Made by a program: the position numbers and the translations under genes. Shown here in pieces: positions 8,871-18,916 of a stretch of 64,000 bases of DNA. Below the pieces are notes generated by a model. It was not told the origin of the DNA and searched no databases. It was given only the letters and a program-made list of their open reading frames with translations. The first letter of the stretch is position 1. Each line of letters begins with the position of its first letter. Origin of the DNA: Nitrospira sp. (GTDB taxonomy: Bacteria; Nitrospirota; Nitrospiria; Nitrospirales; Nitrospiraceae). The stretch is taken from NCBI GenBank assembly GCA_047150005.1, contig AP038806.1:2112001-2176000 (forward strand). The letters are read 5' to 3'.

Positions 8871-10229
8871 TTATTCCGCCCGGGCGGCCGAGATGTTCTG
8901 CGCGATCGCGATGCGGATGAGGTGGACGACGAGGAGAAATCCGTAGACGACGCAGAAGAACTTGAACGTCACCCGATAGAAATCCATCAACAGGACCGGA
9001 AGACAGAGCGCAAAGAGCAGGCTGGCGATCAACGTGGCGAACGTGAGCCGGCGGCAGAATTCATAGGATGCTTCCTTCCCGATCGGTCTCAAGGCCTTCG
9101 CGTAACGCTCCGCGCGCTGAAGACGGGCGTCGTTCAAGGCTTCGTTGCTCGGCCCCCAATACCGAAGACGGAAATATCCAAACGTGACAAGGGCCCAGGG
9201 CAGGGCCCACAGCGGCCAGTAGGCGGAGCCCTGATAGAGATCGCTGCTCAACAGCGTCGCGAACGACGGAGCATAAATCAGCCCCAGGATGAGCGGCAGA
9301 ATCCGTTCGTCCCGCGGCGGCTCCCCGTGCGGACCGCCATGGATGAGTTCGCGCTCGAACAGCGGATATCCGTACTTCAGGACGACCAAAGCAATGGCTG
9401 CACTCATGGTTTTGTCCGGCACGTAGCGGACCCAGTTCTGAAACCAGTTCACGATCCACCAACTGATGCTTTCCGCCCACGTCAGGCCCAAGAGCGATTC
9501 AATGTATTCGTGCGCCATCTGCTCCCATTGCAGGACCCTCGCGCTGAGCGTTTCAGCGACCTCGGGATTGAGGGAAAACACCGAATGTTCCTGGAGCGCC
9601 GCCTGTACGAACGTGCCGGGCAAACTCATGACGACCGCGCCGCCGACGCCGAAGATAAAGAGAAACCACGCGTGAGACAGCGCGGAGCTTTTCCCGGTTC
9701 GGAGGTATTTGCGAAAGCCCGCCCGCCTCGCCATCCAGCCCCAATAGAACGCGCCGGTCATGCTCACCAGCGACCAGGGGAAGATCACGACGTCCGCACC
9801 GGCTTCCGGATAGAGCAGCCAGTTGACGATCGAATTCGACATGAGTGCCGCAATGGCACCCCACCAGGGCCCGAGGAGAAACGCGACCAGCGCCGTCCCG
9901 GTCATGTCGAGGAAGAGGATACTCTCCAGATGGCGGCTCAGGGTGAGTCCGACGTAGTTCAGCAGAAGTCCAGCGGCCACGATGACGCCGGTCTCGTACA
10001 TCAGCAGGTAGGAGGTGCCTCGGAGCGGTTTGGCCGAAAAGAAGTCGATCGCTGGCGCGGCTTGGGGCCAGGATTTTTCGGCGGGTGAGAGAGCGTTTTT
10101 AGACTCTTTGCCGGTCTTCAGACGGTTCTGGATATCCAGAAGTTTCTCCATCAGGGTCAGCATTGCCACTACGAAGCCCGCGATGGTGCCTCCCAGCATC
10201 ATGAATTCTTTCCCGAAGTCCTCGGACAT
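8871..10229 (-). CDS. Polytopic membrane protein with an ECF S-component-like segment, function unknown
   Basis: Many TM helices. LFLDMTGTALVAFLLGPWWGAIAAL resembles ECF S-component motifs. Confidence 0.6.
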   Translation of the reverse strand: MSEDFGKEFMMLGGTIAGFVVAMLTLMEKLLDIQNRLKTGKESKNALSPAEKSWPQAAPAIDFFSAKPLRGTSYLLMYETGVIVAAGLLLNYVGLTLSRHLESILFLDMTGTALVAFLLGPWWGAIAALMSNSIVNWLLYPEAGADVVIFPWSLVSMTGAFYWGWMARRAGFRKYLRTGKSSALSHAWFLFIFGVGGAVVMSLPGTFVQAALQEHSVFSLNPEVAETLSARVLQWEQMAHEYIESLLGLTWAESISWWIVNWFQNWVRYVPDKTMSAAIALVVLKYGYPLFERELIHGGPHGEPPRDERILPLILGLIYAPSFATLLSSDLYQGSAYWPLWALPWALVTFGYFRLRYWGPSNEALNDARLQRAERYAKALRPIGKEASYEFCRRLTFATLIASLLFALCLPVLLMDFYRVTFKFFCVVYGFLLVVHLIRIAIAQNISAARAE

Positions 10230-10326
10230 GCGGAATTCCCCCCGTTGTGTGGATCATTCTAGCCAGGAAGCAGACCCCTCGCCAGAAAAAGCCCACAAGC
10301 CGACAGAGGGCGCGATTGGACGGGCG

Positions 10327-11187
10327 TCAGATTGCAGACGTCGGTGAATTGGCGGCGGCAGTTCCGGTCGTTTGAAGCCGCGGCTGCAGTGAACGAGTGA
10401 CGACGGCTCCGAACAGGAAGAGACCGGCCGAATAGTACAGCCACAGCAACAGCAAGACGACTTCCAGCAGGGAGCCGTACAGGTCCGTGTACACCGTGGC
10501 ATAGTCCCGGTACGTGATGAAGAGCAGCTTGGCGGCGACCCAGAGCAGGCTGAAGGTCAGTGCGCCGATCATGGCCTCACGCCAGGCAGGGCGGCGGCGC
10601 GGGACGTAGCGATACAGCGCGGTCACTGTGAGAAAAGCCAGGACGAAGGGCAGCGTGTAGGTGAGGAAGAAGTCATGCGCCGCCAAGGCCAGAAAATCCA
10701 GGCCCCACAGGTGCGGCGCGTATGCGACCAGGATGTTCACCGACTGGGTCGCCACGTAGGACACGATCAGCAGCAGGCCGACGACGCCGAGCAAGGTCAC
10801 GGAGATGACGATGGAAATGAGCGGATGGCGTTGTGTCGTACTGTCGAAGACGACGTTGAGCGTGTAGTCGAGCTCGTAGAAAACCAGCGTACCGAACCAC
10901 GCGAAGGACAGGAAGACCAACCAACGCACGGTTTCCGTCTCGGCCACCCGCTGCAACTCTTCCGCCAACCGTGCTCCAAGAATGGGCAGGAAGCCCTTGA
11001 GAAAACTCAGAAGCACCTGGCCTCCGATCACATCGTGGCTCACGACGAAGCTCACGCCGTAGAGCAGCAGGAAGACGAGCGGGAACAGAGAGAGGAGCGA
11101 AAAAAACGCCAGGGATGCGGCAAGGCTGCCGCACCCGTGGCGGAGAAACGACCGTATCAGACTGCCCAGCAGGCGCCAGATTTCCAT
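10327..11187 (-). CDS. YihY/virulence factor BrkB family membrane protein
   Basis: LAASLAFFSLLSLFP, LYRYVP, YGSL..V.LLLLWLY. Confidence 0.88.
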   Translation of the reverse strand: MEIWRLLGSLIRSFLRHGCGSLAASLAFFSLLSLFPLVFLLLYGVSFVVSHDVIGGQVLLSFLKGFLPILGARLAEELQRVAETETVRWLVFLSFAWFGTLVFYELDYTLNVVFDSTTQRHPLISIVISVTLLGVVGLLLIVSYVATQSVNILVAYAPHLWGLDFLALAAHDFFLTYTLPFVLAFLTVTALYRYVPRRRPAWREAMIGALTFSLLWVAAKLLFITYRDYATVYTDLYGSLLEVVLLLLWLYYSAGLFLFGAVVTRSLQPRLQTTGTAAANSPTSAI

Positions 11188-11265
11188 GACGGACTCGCAG
11201 ACGTGAGGGATCGATTCACACTAGCACGAGCGGGCGTCCTTGCACGAATGGAATCTCGCGGGCGC

Positions 11266-12753
11266 CTACTTGAGGGAAAGGACGGATTGCAGCGCCAGGC
11301 TCGCGAGCGTGCTGGGGAAGAGCCCGAAGAAGATGACGCCCGCCGCAGCGCAGGCCAGGACGATCGACAACGCCGGAGAGGGAAGCAGCCTGGGAGCCTC
11401 GGCGGTCGTGGGTTCCGGCTCGCGCATGTACATGACCATCACCACCCGCATGTAATAGTAGGCGGACACGGCGGCGAAAATCACGGCCACGACGGCGAGC
11501 CAGGTCAATCCCGCCTCCACGGCCGCCATGAAGACGTAGAACTTTCCGATGAACCCGGCCGTCGGCGGAATACCGGCGAGAGAGACCATGAAGACGAGCA
11601 TCAGAAACCCCGCAAGCGGCTGGCGTTTGGCCAGACCCGCGAAGTCCTCGATGTTTTCGCCCTCGAGGCCTCCCCGGCGGAACAGGCCGATCATCGCGAA
11701 GGCCCCGAGCGTCATGAAGGCGTAGACGACGAGATACAACATGACGGCGGCGAGCCCAGAGGCGCCGCCGGACTCGCCGGCTCCGCGCGCGGCCGCAACC
11801 ACGCCGATCAGCGCATAGCCCGCATGCGCGATACTGGAGTAGGCCAGCATGCGTTTGATGTTGGTCTGGACGATGGCGACGACGTTGCCGAGGATGAGCG
11901 TGGCGAGACAGAGGATCACGAACAGGCCGGACCAATCGGCCTTCAGTCCGCCGAGGCCCTCGACGAAGACCCGGAGGAACGCGGCGAAGCTTGCGGCCTT
12001 TGAGGCGACCGCCATGAAGGCGGTCACTGAGGTCGGGGCCCCCTGATAGACGTCCGGCGTCCACATGTGGAACGGCACCACGGCCAACTTGAAGCCGAAG
12101 CCGACGGTGAGCAGCACGGTCGCGATCATGAGCAACGGATCCTCGAATCCTCTGGTTCCGATCGCGCCGGCAATGGTCGCCAGTTTGGTGCCGCCGGTCG
12201 CTCCATACAGCAGGGAAATGCCGTACAGCAGCAGTCCCGAGGAGAACGCGCCCAGGACGAAGTACTTGGCCGAGGCCTCCAACGAGCGGGGCGACGAACG
12301 CTTGAGTCCCGCCATCACGTAGAGCGACAGCGACATCAACTCTGTTCCCAGATAGATGGTCAGGAGATCGGCGCCTGATACCATCACCAGCATGCCGGAC
12401 AGGGACAGCAGCATGAAGCCGTAGTATTCCCCGAGTTGGAGCCGCTCGATTTTCAAATAGGGCATCGACATGAGGATGGTCAGTCCCGTCACGACGTACA
12501 GCAGCAGCTTCCAGAATCGGGCATAGGCGTCCACAACGACCAGATCGTTGAAGGCGAAGACGCGCAGGTTCAGCATGCCGATCTGTCCGCCCGTCAACCC
12601 GATACAGAGGGCCAGCGCGCCCAAACCGATCCAGGCGAGCCATTCCTTCTTCGGAGCCCCTGTCAGCGGATCGAGCACCAGGATGAGGCAGGCCGCCCCG
12701 ATCACGATGAGTTCCGGAAGGATGACGAGCAGATCCGGACCGAACGAGGTCAT
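11266..12753 (-). CDS. nuoN: NADH-quinone oxidoreductase subunit N
   Basis: EASAKYF, FKLAVVPFHMWTPDVYQGAP, KRMLAYSSIAH. True start MTSFGPD at 12753 overlaps the nuoM stop (ATGA). Confidence 0.95.
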   Translation of the reverse strand: MTSFGPDLLVILPELIVIGAACLILVLDPLTGAPKKEWLAWIGLGALALCIGLTGGQIGMLNLRVFAFNDLVVVDAYARFWKLLLYVVTGLTILMSMPYLKIERLQLGEYYGFMLLSLSGMLVMVSGADLLTIYLGTELMSLSLYVMAGLKRSSPRSLEASAKYFVLGAFSSGLLLYGISLLYGATGGTKLATIAGAIGTRGFEDPLLMIATVLLTVGFGFKLAVVPFHMWTPDVYQGAPTSVTAFMAVASKAASFAAFLRVFVEGLGGLKADWSGLFVILCLATLILGNVVAIVQTNIKRMLAYSSIAHAGYALIGVVAAARGAGESGGASGLAAVMLYLVVYAFMTLGAFAMIGLFRRGGLEGENIEDFAGLAKRQPLAGFLMLVFMVSLAGIPPTAGFIGKFYVFMAAVEAGLTWLAVVAVIFAAVSAYYYMRVVMVMYMREPEPTTAEAPRLLPSPALSIVLACAAAGVIFFGLFPSTLASLALQSVLSLK

Positions 12754-14309
12754 CGTACACGGCCCTCCCCTGTTCGAAGATCCGCGGTGGTGACCTGCGC
12801 AGGCGTTGGCGCCGAGGCGGAGGGATGCGTCGCCGGGGCAACCTTCGTCCGCGCCATCATGTCCAAGGTTTTCGTCACGCTCGCGTGCATGCGGCTGGCG
12901 AGGGGATTCGGGTAGACGCCGATCCAGAAGACCAGCACCACCAACGGTGCGAGAATGGCAAACTCGCGCCGATTCAGATCGGTGAGCTTCGGCAGTTGCG
13001 CCGGCGACGGGACGCCGAAGGCAACGCGCTGTACCATCCAGAGCATATAGACGGCCGCGAGGATGATGCCGAGGGCTGCCATCACCGTCGCGGCCTTGCT
13101 CCAGAGCACCGTGCCGATCAGCACGAGGAATTCCCCGACGAAGCTGTTGGTCCCGGGCAGGCCGAGCGACGAGAGCGAAAAGATCACGAGCAGCGTCGCG
13201 TATCGCGGCATCGGTTTGGCCAGACCGACGTTGTCGGCGATCAGCCGGCTGTGGGTCCGTTCGTAGATGATGCCGACGCAGAGGAACAGGGCGCCCGTGG
13301 TGATGCCGTGGTTGACCATCTGCAGAACGGCCCCTTCGATACCCTGCTGGTTCAGCACAAAGATCCCGAGCGTGACGAATCCCATGTGGCTGACGCTGGA
13401 GTAGGCGATCAGCTTCTTGAGATCGGCCTGCGCGAGCGCCATATAGGCGCCGTAGATGATCGCGACGATCGACAGCAGCACCATCACCGGCGTCATGTCG
13501 CGGGAGGCATCGGGCAGCATCGGGAGGCTGAACCGGAGAAATCCATACGTGCCCATCTTCAGCAGCACGCTCGCGAGGATGACGCTGCCCGCCGTCGGCG
13601 CTTCCACATGGGCGTCGGGCAGCCAGGTGTGGAACGGGAACATCGGCACCTTCACCGCAAAGGCGGCGAAGAACGCGAGGAAGAGCCAGACCTGAAGCGA
13701 GGCCGGATAGGTCACCTGACTGAGGGCAAGGATGTCGAAGGTCCGTCCGCCGTAGAAATACAGGACGAGGATGGCGACGAGGAGCAGCAGGCTGCCCGCC
13801 AGCGTGTAGAGGAAGAATTTGATGGCGGCATACAGGCGATTGGGGCCGCCCCACACGCCGATCAGCAAGTACATCGGAATCAGCATGGCCTCCCAAAACA
13901 CGTAGAACAGCACGAAGTCCAGCGCGGCGAAGACGCCGATCATCGCGGTCTCCATGAGCAGCAGCGTGGCCATGAAGCTGCGGACCCGCATGGTGACGGA
14001 CGTCCAGGAAACCAGGACGCAGAGGGGCATCAGCGCGGCGGTCATGAGGACCAGCGGAAGGCTGATGCCGTCGAGGCCGAGGCTGTAGTGAATCGGAGGA
14101 GTCGTAATCCAGGCGACGTGTTCGACGAACTGCATCTGGCTCGACTGCAGATCGAAACGCCACCAGAGCGGCAGCGCCACCGCGAAATCCGCCAGCGTGG
14201 TCCCCAGCGCGACCCACTTCACGCTCTCGTCCTTGACCAGACAGAGCGCGGCGGCTCCGGCCAGGGGCAGGAATATCAGGAAGGTGAGCCAGGGGAAATC
14301 AGCCGTCAT
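12750..14309 (-). CDS. nuoM: NADH-quinone oxidoreductase subunit M
   Basis: FYVFWEAMLIPM, KVPMFPFHTWLPDAHVEAP, DLKKLIAYSSVSHMG. Confidence 0.96.
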   Translation of the reverse strand: MTADFPWLTFLIFLPLAGAAALCLVKDESVKWVALGTTLADFAVALPLWWRFDLQSSQMQFVEHVAWITTPPIHYSLGLDGISLPLVLMTAALMPLCVLVSWTSVTMRVRSFMATLLLMETAMIGVFAALDFVLFYVFWEAMLIPMYLLIGVWGGPNRLYAAIKFFLYTLAGSLLLLVAILVLYFYGGRTFDILALSQVTYPASLQVWLFLAFFAAFAVKVPMFPFHTWLPDAHVEAPTAGSVILASVLLKMGTYGFLRFSLPMLPDASRDMTPVMVLLSIVAIIYGAYMALAQADLKKLIAYSSVSHMGFVTLGIFVLNQQGIEGAVLQMVNHGITTGALFLCVGIIYERTHSRLIADNVGLAKPMPRYATLLVIFSLSSLGLPGTNSFVGEFLVLIGTVLWSKAATVMAALGIILAAVYMLWMVQRVAFGVPSPAQLPKLTDLNRREFAILAPLVVLVFWIGVYPNPLASRMHASVTKTLDMMARTKVAPATHPSASAPTPAQVTTADLRTGEGRVR

Positions 14310-14352
14310 GAGTCATGCGCCGCCGAAGCCTTGATGATCGGCTGCCGTCCTC

Positions 14353-16248
14353 CTACCATATGAGAAACACGGTCACCATCACGACCACGCCCAGCGCCAT
14401 GCCCAAGGCATAGTGCTGGGTCTGTCCGCTCTGAATGAGCCGCAACATCCAAGCTCCCCACGCGACGGCGCGGCCCACACCGTTGACCGCGCCGTCGATG
14501 ACATCGACGTCCACGCGCTTCCACAGTTCGCGCGCGGCGGTGACGGTCGGCGTGACGACGGCGCGATCGTAGGCTTCGTCGACGTACCATTTGTTGAAGG
14601 ACAGCTGATACAGCGACGCCCACTGCCTCGCCCATCGATCCGGGATCTCCGGATTGGCGACGTACACATAATAGGCCCCTGCGATGCCGAGCACTCCGGT
14701 CAGGGTCGCGGTCAGCATGATGGCCAGCGCGGCGCCGCCATGATGGGCTTCGGCTCCGCCGCCGGCGAACATCGGTTCCAGGAACGCGGGAATGCCCAGG
14801 TAGCCTGCCGCGATGCTGAAGATCGCCAGGATCACCAGCGGCACCGTCATGGTCGGCGAAGGTTCGTGGACGTGCGAGGCGTGATGCGCATCGACGTGCG
14901 AAGGGCCCCAGAACGTCACGAATACCAATCGAAAACTGTAAAACGCGGTCACGAGGGCCGTCAGCAGGCCGAAGAGGGCGAGCAGCTGCCCCAGGGGTCC
15001 GGAAGCCCAGGCGGACACCAGGAGCGCGTCTTTGCTGAAAAAACCGGCGGTGAGAGGAAATCCGGCCAAGGCCAGCGAGCCGATCAGAAACGTCCAGTAG
15101 GTGACGGGCAGCTTGTCTTTGAGGCCGCCCATGTGCCGCATGTCCTGCTCGTGATGGAGCGCGATGATGACGGAGCCGCACCCCAGGAACAGCAACGCCT
15201 TGAACGCCCCATGGGTGAGGAGATGGTACATGCCGGCCGCGTACGCACCCAGGCCGCAGGCCATCATCATGTAGCCGAGCTGGCTCATCGTCGAATAGGC
15301 CACGACTCGCTTGATATCGGTCTGGGTGAGCGCGATCGTCGCCCCCAGCACCATCGTCGTCCCGCCGACGACGGCCACCACGACGCCGGCCGCGGGGGCC
15401 AGGTCGTAGAGCGGAGCCAGGCGTGCCACCATGAAGATCCCCGCGGTCACCATCGTGGCCGCATGAATCAACGCGGAGATGGGCGTCGGCCCTTCCATGG
15501 CGTCCGGCAGCCACACGTGCAGGGGGACCTGTGCCGATTTGCCGACCGCGCCGACGAAGAGCAGCAGGCAGATAACCGTCAACACCGGAACGTCCCACTG
15601 TCCGCCGATGGAATGCAGCAGGTTCAGCGTCGCGCCGGCCGAGTCCTTCGCGCGGGCGAAGACCTCGGAATAGTCGAGCGAGCCGAACGTGAGCCAGACC
15701 AGGAGCAAACCCAGGATGAAACCGAAATCCCCCACGCGATTGACGATGAAGGCCTTGGTGGCGGCGGCGCAGGCGGACGGCCGCTCGTACCAGTGGCCGA
15801 TCAGCAGATAGGAGCAAAGCCCGACCGCTTCCCAGAAGACGAACAACTGCAGGAAATTGTCGGCCAGGACCAGCATCAGCATGGAAAAGGTGAACAGCGC
15901 GATGTAGCTGAAGAAGCGGGCGTATCCCGGTTCGCCCGCCATGTAGCCGATCGTGTAGACGTGAACGAGCGTGCTGACGCCCGTCACGAGGATGAGCATG
16001 GCGGCCGTGAGCCGGTCGATGGTCAAGCCAAAATGCACGTCCAGCGTGCCCGAACTGAGCCAGGTATACAACGGCAGGGTCGTGTGATGCCCGCCGGCGA
16101 CGTCGATCAAGGCGACCAGCGATAGCAGGAACGAAACTGCGACCGCCGGGACCGCGATGAAATGAGCCTTGTCCCGGATCCAATGGCCGCCGAGGCCGAG
16201 GATCAGAAAGGAGGCGAAGGGCAAGAATGGAATGAGTTCGTAGGTCAT
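14353..16248 (-). CDS. nuoL: NADH-quinone oxidoreductase subunit L
   Basis: GKSAQVPLHVWLPDAMEGPTPISALIHAATMV, HLLTHGAFKALLFL. Confidence 0.96.
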   Translation of the reverse strand: MTYELIPFLPFASFLILGLGGHWIRDKAHFIAVPAVAVSFLLSLVALIDVAGGHHTTLPLYTWLSSGTLDVHFGLTIDRLTAAMLILVTGVSTLVHVYTIGYMAGEPGYARFFSYIALFTFSMLMLVLADNFLQLFVFWEAVGLCSYLLIGHWYERPSACAAATKAFIVNRVGDFGFILGLLLVWLTFGSLDYSEVFARAKDSAGATLNLLHSIGGQWDVPVLTVICLLLFVGAVGKSAQVPLHVWLPDAMEGPTPISALIHAATMVTAGIFMVARLAPLYDLAPAAGVVVAVVGGTTMVLGATIALTQTDIKRVVAYSTMSQLGYMMMACGLGAYAAGMYHLLTHGAFKALLFLGCGSVIIALHHEQDMRHMGGLKDKLPVTYWTFLIGSLALAGFPLTAGFFSKDALLVSAWASGPLGQLLALFGLLTALVTAFYSFRLVFVTFWGPSHVDAHHASHVHEPSPTMTVPLVILAIFSIAAGYLGIPAFLEPMFAGGGAEAHHGGAALAIMLTATLTGVLGIAGAYYVYVANPEIPDRWARQWASLYQLSFNKWYVDEAYDRAVVTPTVTAARELWKRVDVDVIDGAVNGVGRAVAWGAWMLRLIQSGQTQHYALGMALGVVVMVTVFLIW

Positions 16249-16251
16249 CGT

Positions 16252-16350
16252 TGCGGGTCCTGTTGCCGACCAGCCCGTCCGTCCTCGCACCCCGCCCGGT
16301 GTGGGGACCCCGCTGCGGGCAGACGGGCGCCCAGGTCGGCGCCACCCGCA
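16252..16350. repeat. ~100-bp GC-rich MITE/REP-like element, copy 1 (nuoK-nuoL intergenic)
   Basis: Ends TGCGGGT...ACCCGCA. Aligns along its length to the reverse complement of 26067-26168. Confidence 0.8.
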
Positions 16351-16389
16351 GTCAGCCTACTGTGTAGAAGGAGGGCACTCATTCAAGCA

Positions 16390-16695
16390 CTACCATTTTA
16401 ATAGTTGGAATTCGTCCACGTTGATCGTGGACTTCGACCGATGCAGTGCGATGATGATGGCCAGTCCCACTGCCACCTCCGCCGCGGCCACGGTCAGGGC
16501 GAAGAAGACGAAGACCTGCCCCGCGGCGTGGTGAAAATATTCGGAGAAGGCCACGAAGTTGATGTTCGTGGCGTTCAACATGAGTTCCACGGACAGGAGG
16601 ATGATGATGATGTTTCGTCTGATCAGGACGCCCACCAAGCCGGTCAGGAACACCACGCCGCTGAGGATGAGGTAGAACGACAGGGGCACGGTCAT
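16390..16695 (-). CDS. nuoK: NADH-quinone oxidoreductase subunit K
   Basis: [19 protein letters not shown]. Confidence 0.96.
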   Translation of the reverse strand: MTVPLSFYLILSGVVFLTGLVGVLIRRNIIIILLSVELMLNATNINFVAFSEYFHHAAGQVFVFFALTVAAAEVAVGLAIIIALHRSKSTINVDEFQLLKW

Positions 16696-17210
16696 GATTC
16701 CGCCGACTCCGGAAGGTCACGCTTGGCGAGGACGATGGCGCCGATCATGGCGACCAGCAGAATCAGCGAGGCGACTTCGAACGGGAACAGATAGGACGTA
16801 TAGAGGACGTCTCCGAGCGCCTCCGTATTGCCGAGCCCTTCCACCGCCGCCGTCTCCGTGGAGTCGGTTCTGGGGCCGGCCTCTCCCTTCAGCAGGGCCA
16901 GGACCGTTCCTTCTACGACCAAAATTCCCCCGACCAGGGCGGCGACGGGCCATTGGCGGTGGTACCGCTCGTCATGCTTGAGATTCAGGAGCATCACCAC
17001 GAACAGGTACAGCACCAGGATCGCGCCGGCATACACGATGATCTGCACGGCCGCCAGAAACTCCGCGTGCAACGTCACGTAGAGTCCTGCGACGTGAAAA
17101 AACATGATCAACAGGGACAGCGCGCTGTAGATGGGGTTGTGCAGCGCCACGACCAGGATCGAGGTCAGGGCGATGACCAGGGCGAAGTAGAAAAAGAACA
17201 AGGATTCCAT
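16692..17210 (-). CDS. nuoJ: NADH-quinone oxidoreductase subunit J
   Basis: [42 protein letters not shown]. Start MESLFF at 17210. Confidence 0.95.
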   Translation of the reverse strand: MESLFFFYFALVIALTSILVVALHNPIYSALSLLIMFFHVAGLYVTLHAEFLAAVQIIVYAGAILVLYLFVVMLLNLKHDERYHRQWPVAALVGGILVVEGTVLALLKGEAGPRTDSTETAAVEGLGNTEALGDVLYTSYLFPFEVASLILLVAMIGAIVLAKRDLPESAES

Positions 17211-17239
17211 GCTCACCGTTCCTGCGGCTGTGTCGGCGC

Positions 17240-17818
17240 TCAGTTCGGCTTCTGCGGCACGTGGCTGAACGACACGTTGAAGAAGGCCACGTTCGGATGC
17301 TGCAGTTCCAGGCGTTTCTCCCGGACCGGAAAGGACCGGTCGCCGATCGCAAGCAGCTGCTGCTTGTTGAGGTGCAGCTGGCGCTTGTCGTACACCGCCC
17401 ACTCGAATTCCTGCGTCATGCCGAGGGCGTCGACCGGACAGGCTTCCACGCACATGCCGCAGAACAGGCAGCGGGTCATGTCCATGTAGTACTCCTTTGA
17501 GTACCGCTTGGTCGGCTCGCCCGGCACTTCGGCGCTGACGACCCGGATCACTCGCGACGGGCAGGCCGCTTCGCACAGATCGCAGCCCACGCATTTCTCC
17601 GTCCCGTCGTCGTACCGGAGCAGCGCGAGCATCCCGCGATAGTTGTCGGGAAGCGCCCGCTTCTCATGAGGGTACTGGACCGTGATCGGCTTGTAGCGCA
17701 GCAGGTGCGACATGGTGGCCTTCATCCCCACGAGAATCTCGTAGAAGACGATGGTCTTGAGCCACTCGACGAGCCGGGATTTGCGTGTGGGGCCGGGTTG
17801 AACCGGTGCGGTCGACAT
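17240..17818 (-). CDS. nuoI: NADH-quinone oxidoreductase subunit I
   Basis: Two ferredoxin motifs: CVGCDLCEAACP and CLFCGMCVEACP. Confidence 0.96.
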   Translation of the reverse strand: MSTAPVQPGPTRKSRLVEWLKTIVFYEILVGMKATMSHLLRYKPITVQYPHEKRALPDNYRGMLALLRYDDGTEKCVGCDLCEAACPSRVIRVVSAEVPGEPTKRYSKEYYMDMTRCLFCGMCVEACPVDALGMTQEFEWAVYDKRQLHLNKQQLLAIGDRSFPVREKRLELQHPNVAFFNVSFSHVPQKPN

Positions 17819-17828
17819 CCGTCCCTCG

Positions 17829-18899
17829 TCAGCCTCGGAAGAAGTACACGGCGATGGATGTTACGACGATGTTCGCGAGCGCGATCGGCAACATCACCTT
17901 CCACCCGAACTTCATCAATTGATCGTAGCGCAGCCGCGGCAGGGTGGCGCGCAGCCAGAAGAACAGAAACAAGAATGCATAGGTCTTGACGGTGAACCAG
18001 GCGATGTTTTCCGCCCAGGCGACCTGCGGCAGTCCGACCTGCGCCAGGATCGTTCCCGGGTAGGGCGCGTTCCAGCCGCCCAAGAACATCACGGCCGCGA
18101 TGCAGGACACGAGCACCATGTTGGCATACTCGGCGATGAAGAAGAAGGCGAACCGCATGCCGCTGTACTCCGTGAAGAATCCCGCCACGAGCTCGCTTTC
18201 CGCTTCGGGCAGGTCGAACGGCACGCGGTTGGTTTCCGCGACCGCCGAGATCACGTACACCACGAATGCGAAGATCTGCGGCGCCGGAAGCGCGAACACG
18301 TACCAGTGCCAGAACCCGCCGCTCTGGGCGTCGGCGATTTTGACGAGGCTCAGGGAGCCGGCCAGGATCAGCACGCCCACGATGGCCAGCCCGACGTTGA
18401 GTTCGTAGCTGATGACCTGGGCGGCGGAGCGCAAGCCGCCCAACAGGGAATACTTGCTGTTGGAGGCCCACCCTCCCAGGATGATGCCGTACGCGCCGAT
18501 GGAGGTGAACGCCAGGATGTACAGGATGCCGATGTTGATGTCGCTGATGATGAAGGGTTTGACCGAGATCCCGAAGAACTCGAACGTCTGACCGGGTCCG
18601 AACGGAATCACGGCAAAGCCGATCAGTGCGGGCACCATTGCGAGAATGGGGGCCAGGGTGAACATGAATTTGTTGGCCCCGGCCGGCACGATGTCTTCCT
18701 TGAAGAAGAGCTTCAGTCCGTCGGCGATCGGCTGCAGGACGCCGTAGGGACCGACTTCCATCGGGCCCATGCGGTCCTGCATCCAGCCGAGCACCTTTCG
18801 TTCGGCCAACGTCAGGATCATCACCGTCAACATGACGACGCCCATGACGGCGGCGATCTGAGCAAGCGACACGGCGAGACGCACGCTGAGTTCGGTCAC
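17829..18899 (-). CDS. nuoH: NADH-quinone oxidoreductase subunit H
   Basis: [43 protein letters not shown]. Confidence 0.96.
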   Translation of the reverse strand: MTELSVRLAVSLAQIAAVMGVVMLTVMILTLAERKVLGWMQDRMGPMEVGPYGVLQPIADGLKLFFKEDIVPAGANKFMFTLAPILAMVPALIGFAVIPFGPGQTFEFFGISVKPFIISDINIGILYILAFTSIGAYGIILGGWASNSKYSLLGGLRSAAQVISYELNVGLAIVGVLILAGSLSLVKIADAQSGGFWHWYVFALPAPQIFAFVVYVISAVAETNRVPFDLPEAESELVAGFFTEYSGMRFAFFFIAEYANMVLVSCIAAVMFLGGWNAPYPGTILAQVGLPQVAWAENIAWFTVKTYAFLFLFFWLRATLPRLRYDQLMKFGWKVMLPIALANIVVTSIAVYFFRG

Positions 18900-18916
18900 G
18901 ACAACACTCCCTTCTC

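Noticed and set aside
11266..14217. 983-aa ORF suggesting a NuoN fusion
   Set aside because: The N-terminal ~490 codons are an alternate frame overlapping nuoM. Real nuoN starts at 12753 with an ATGA overlap.
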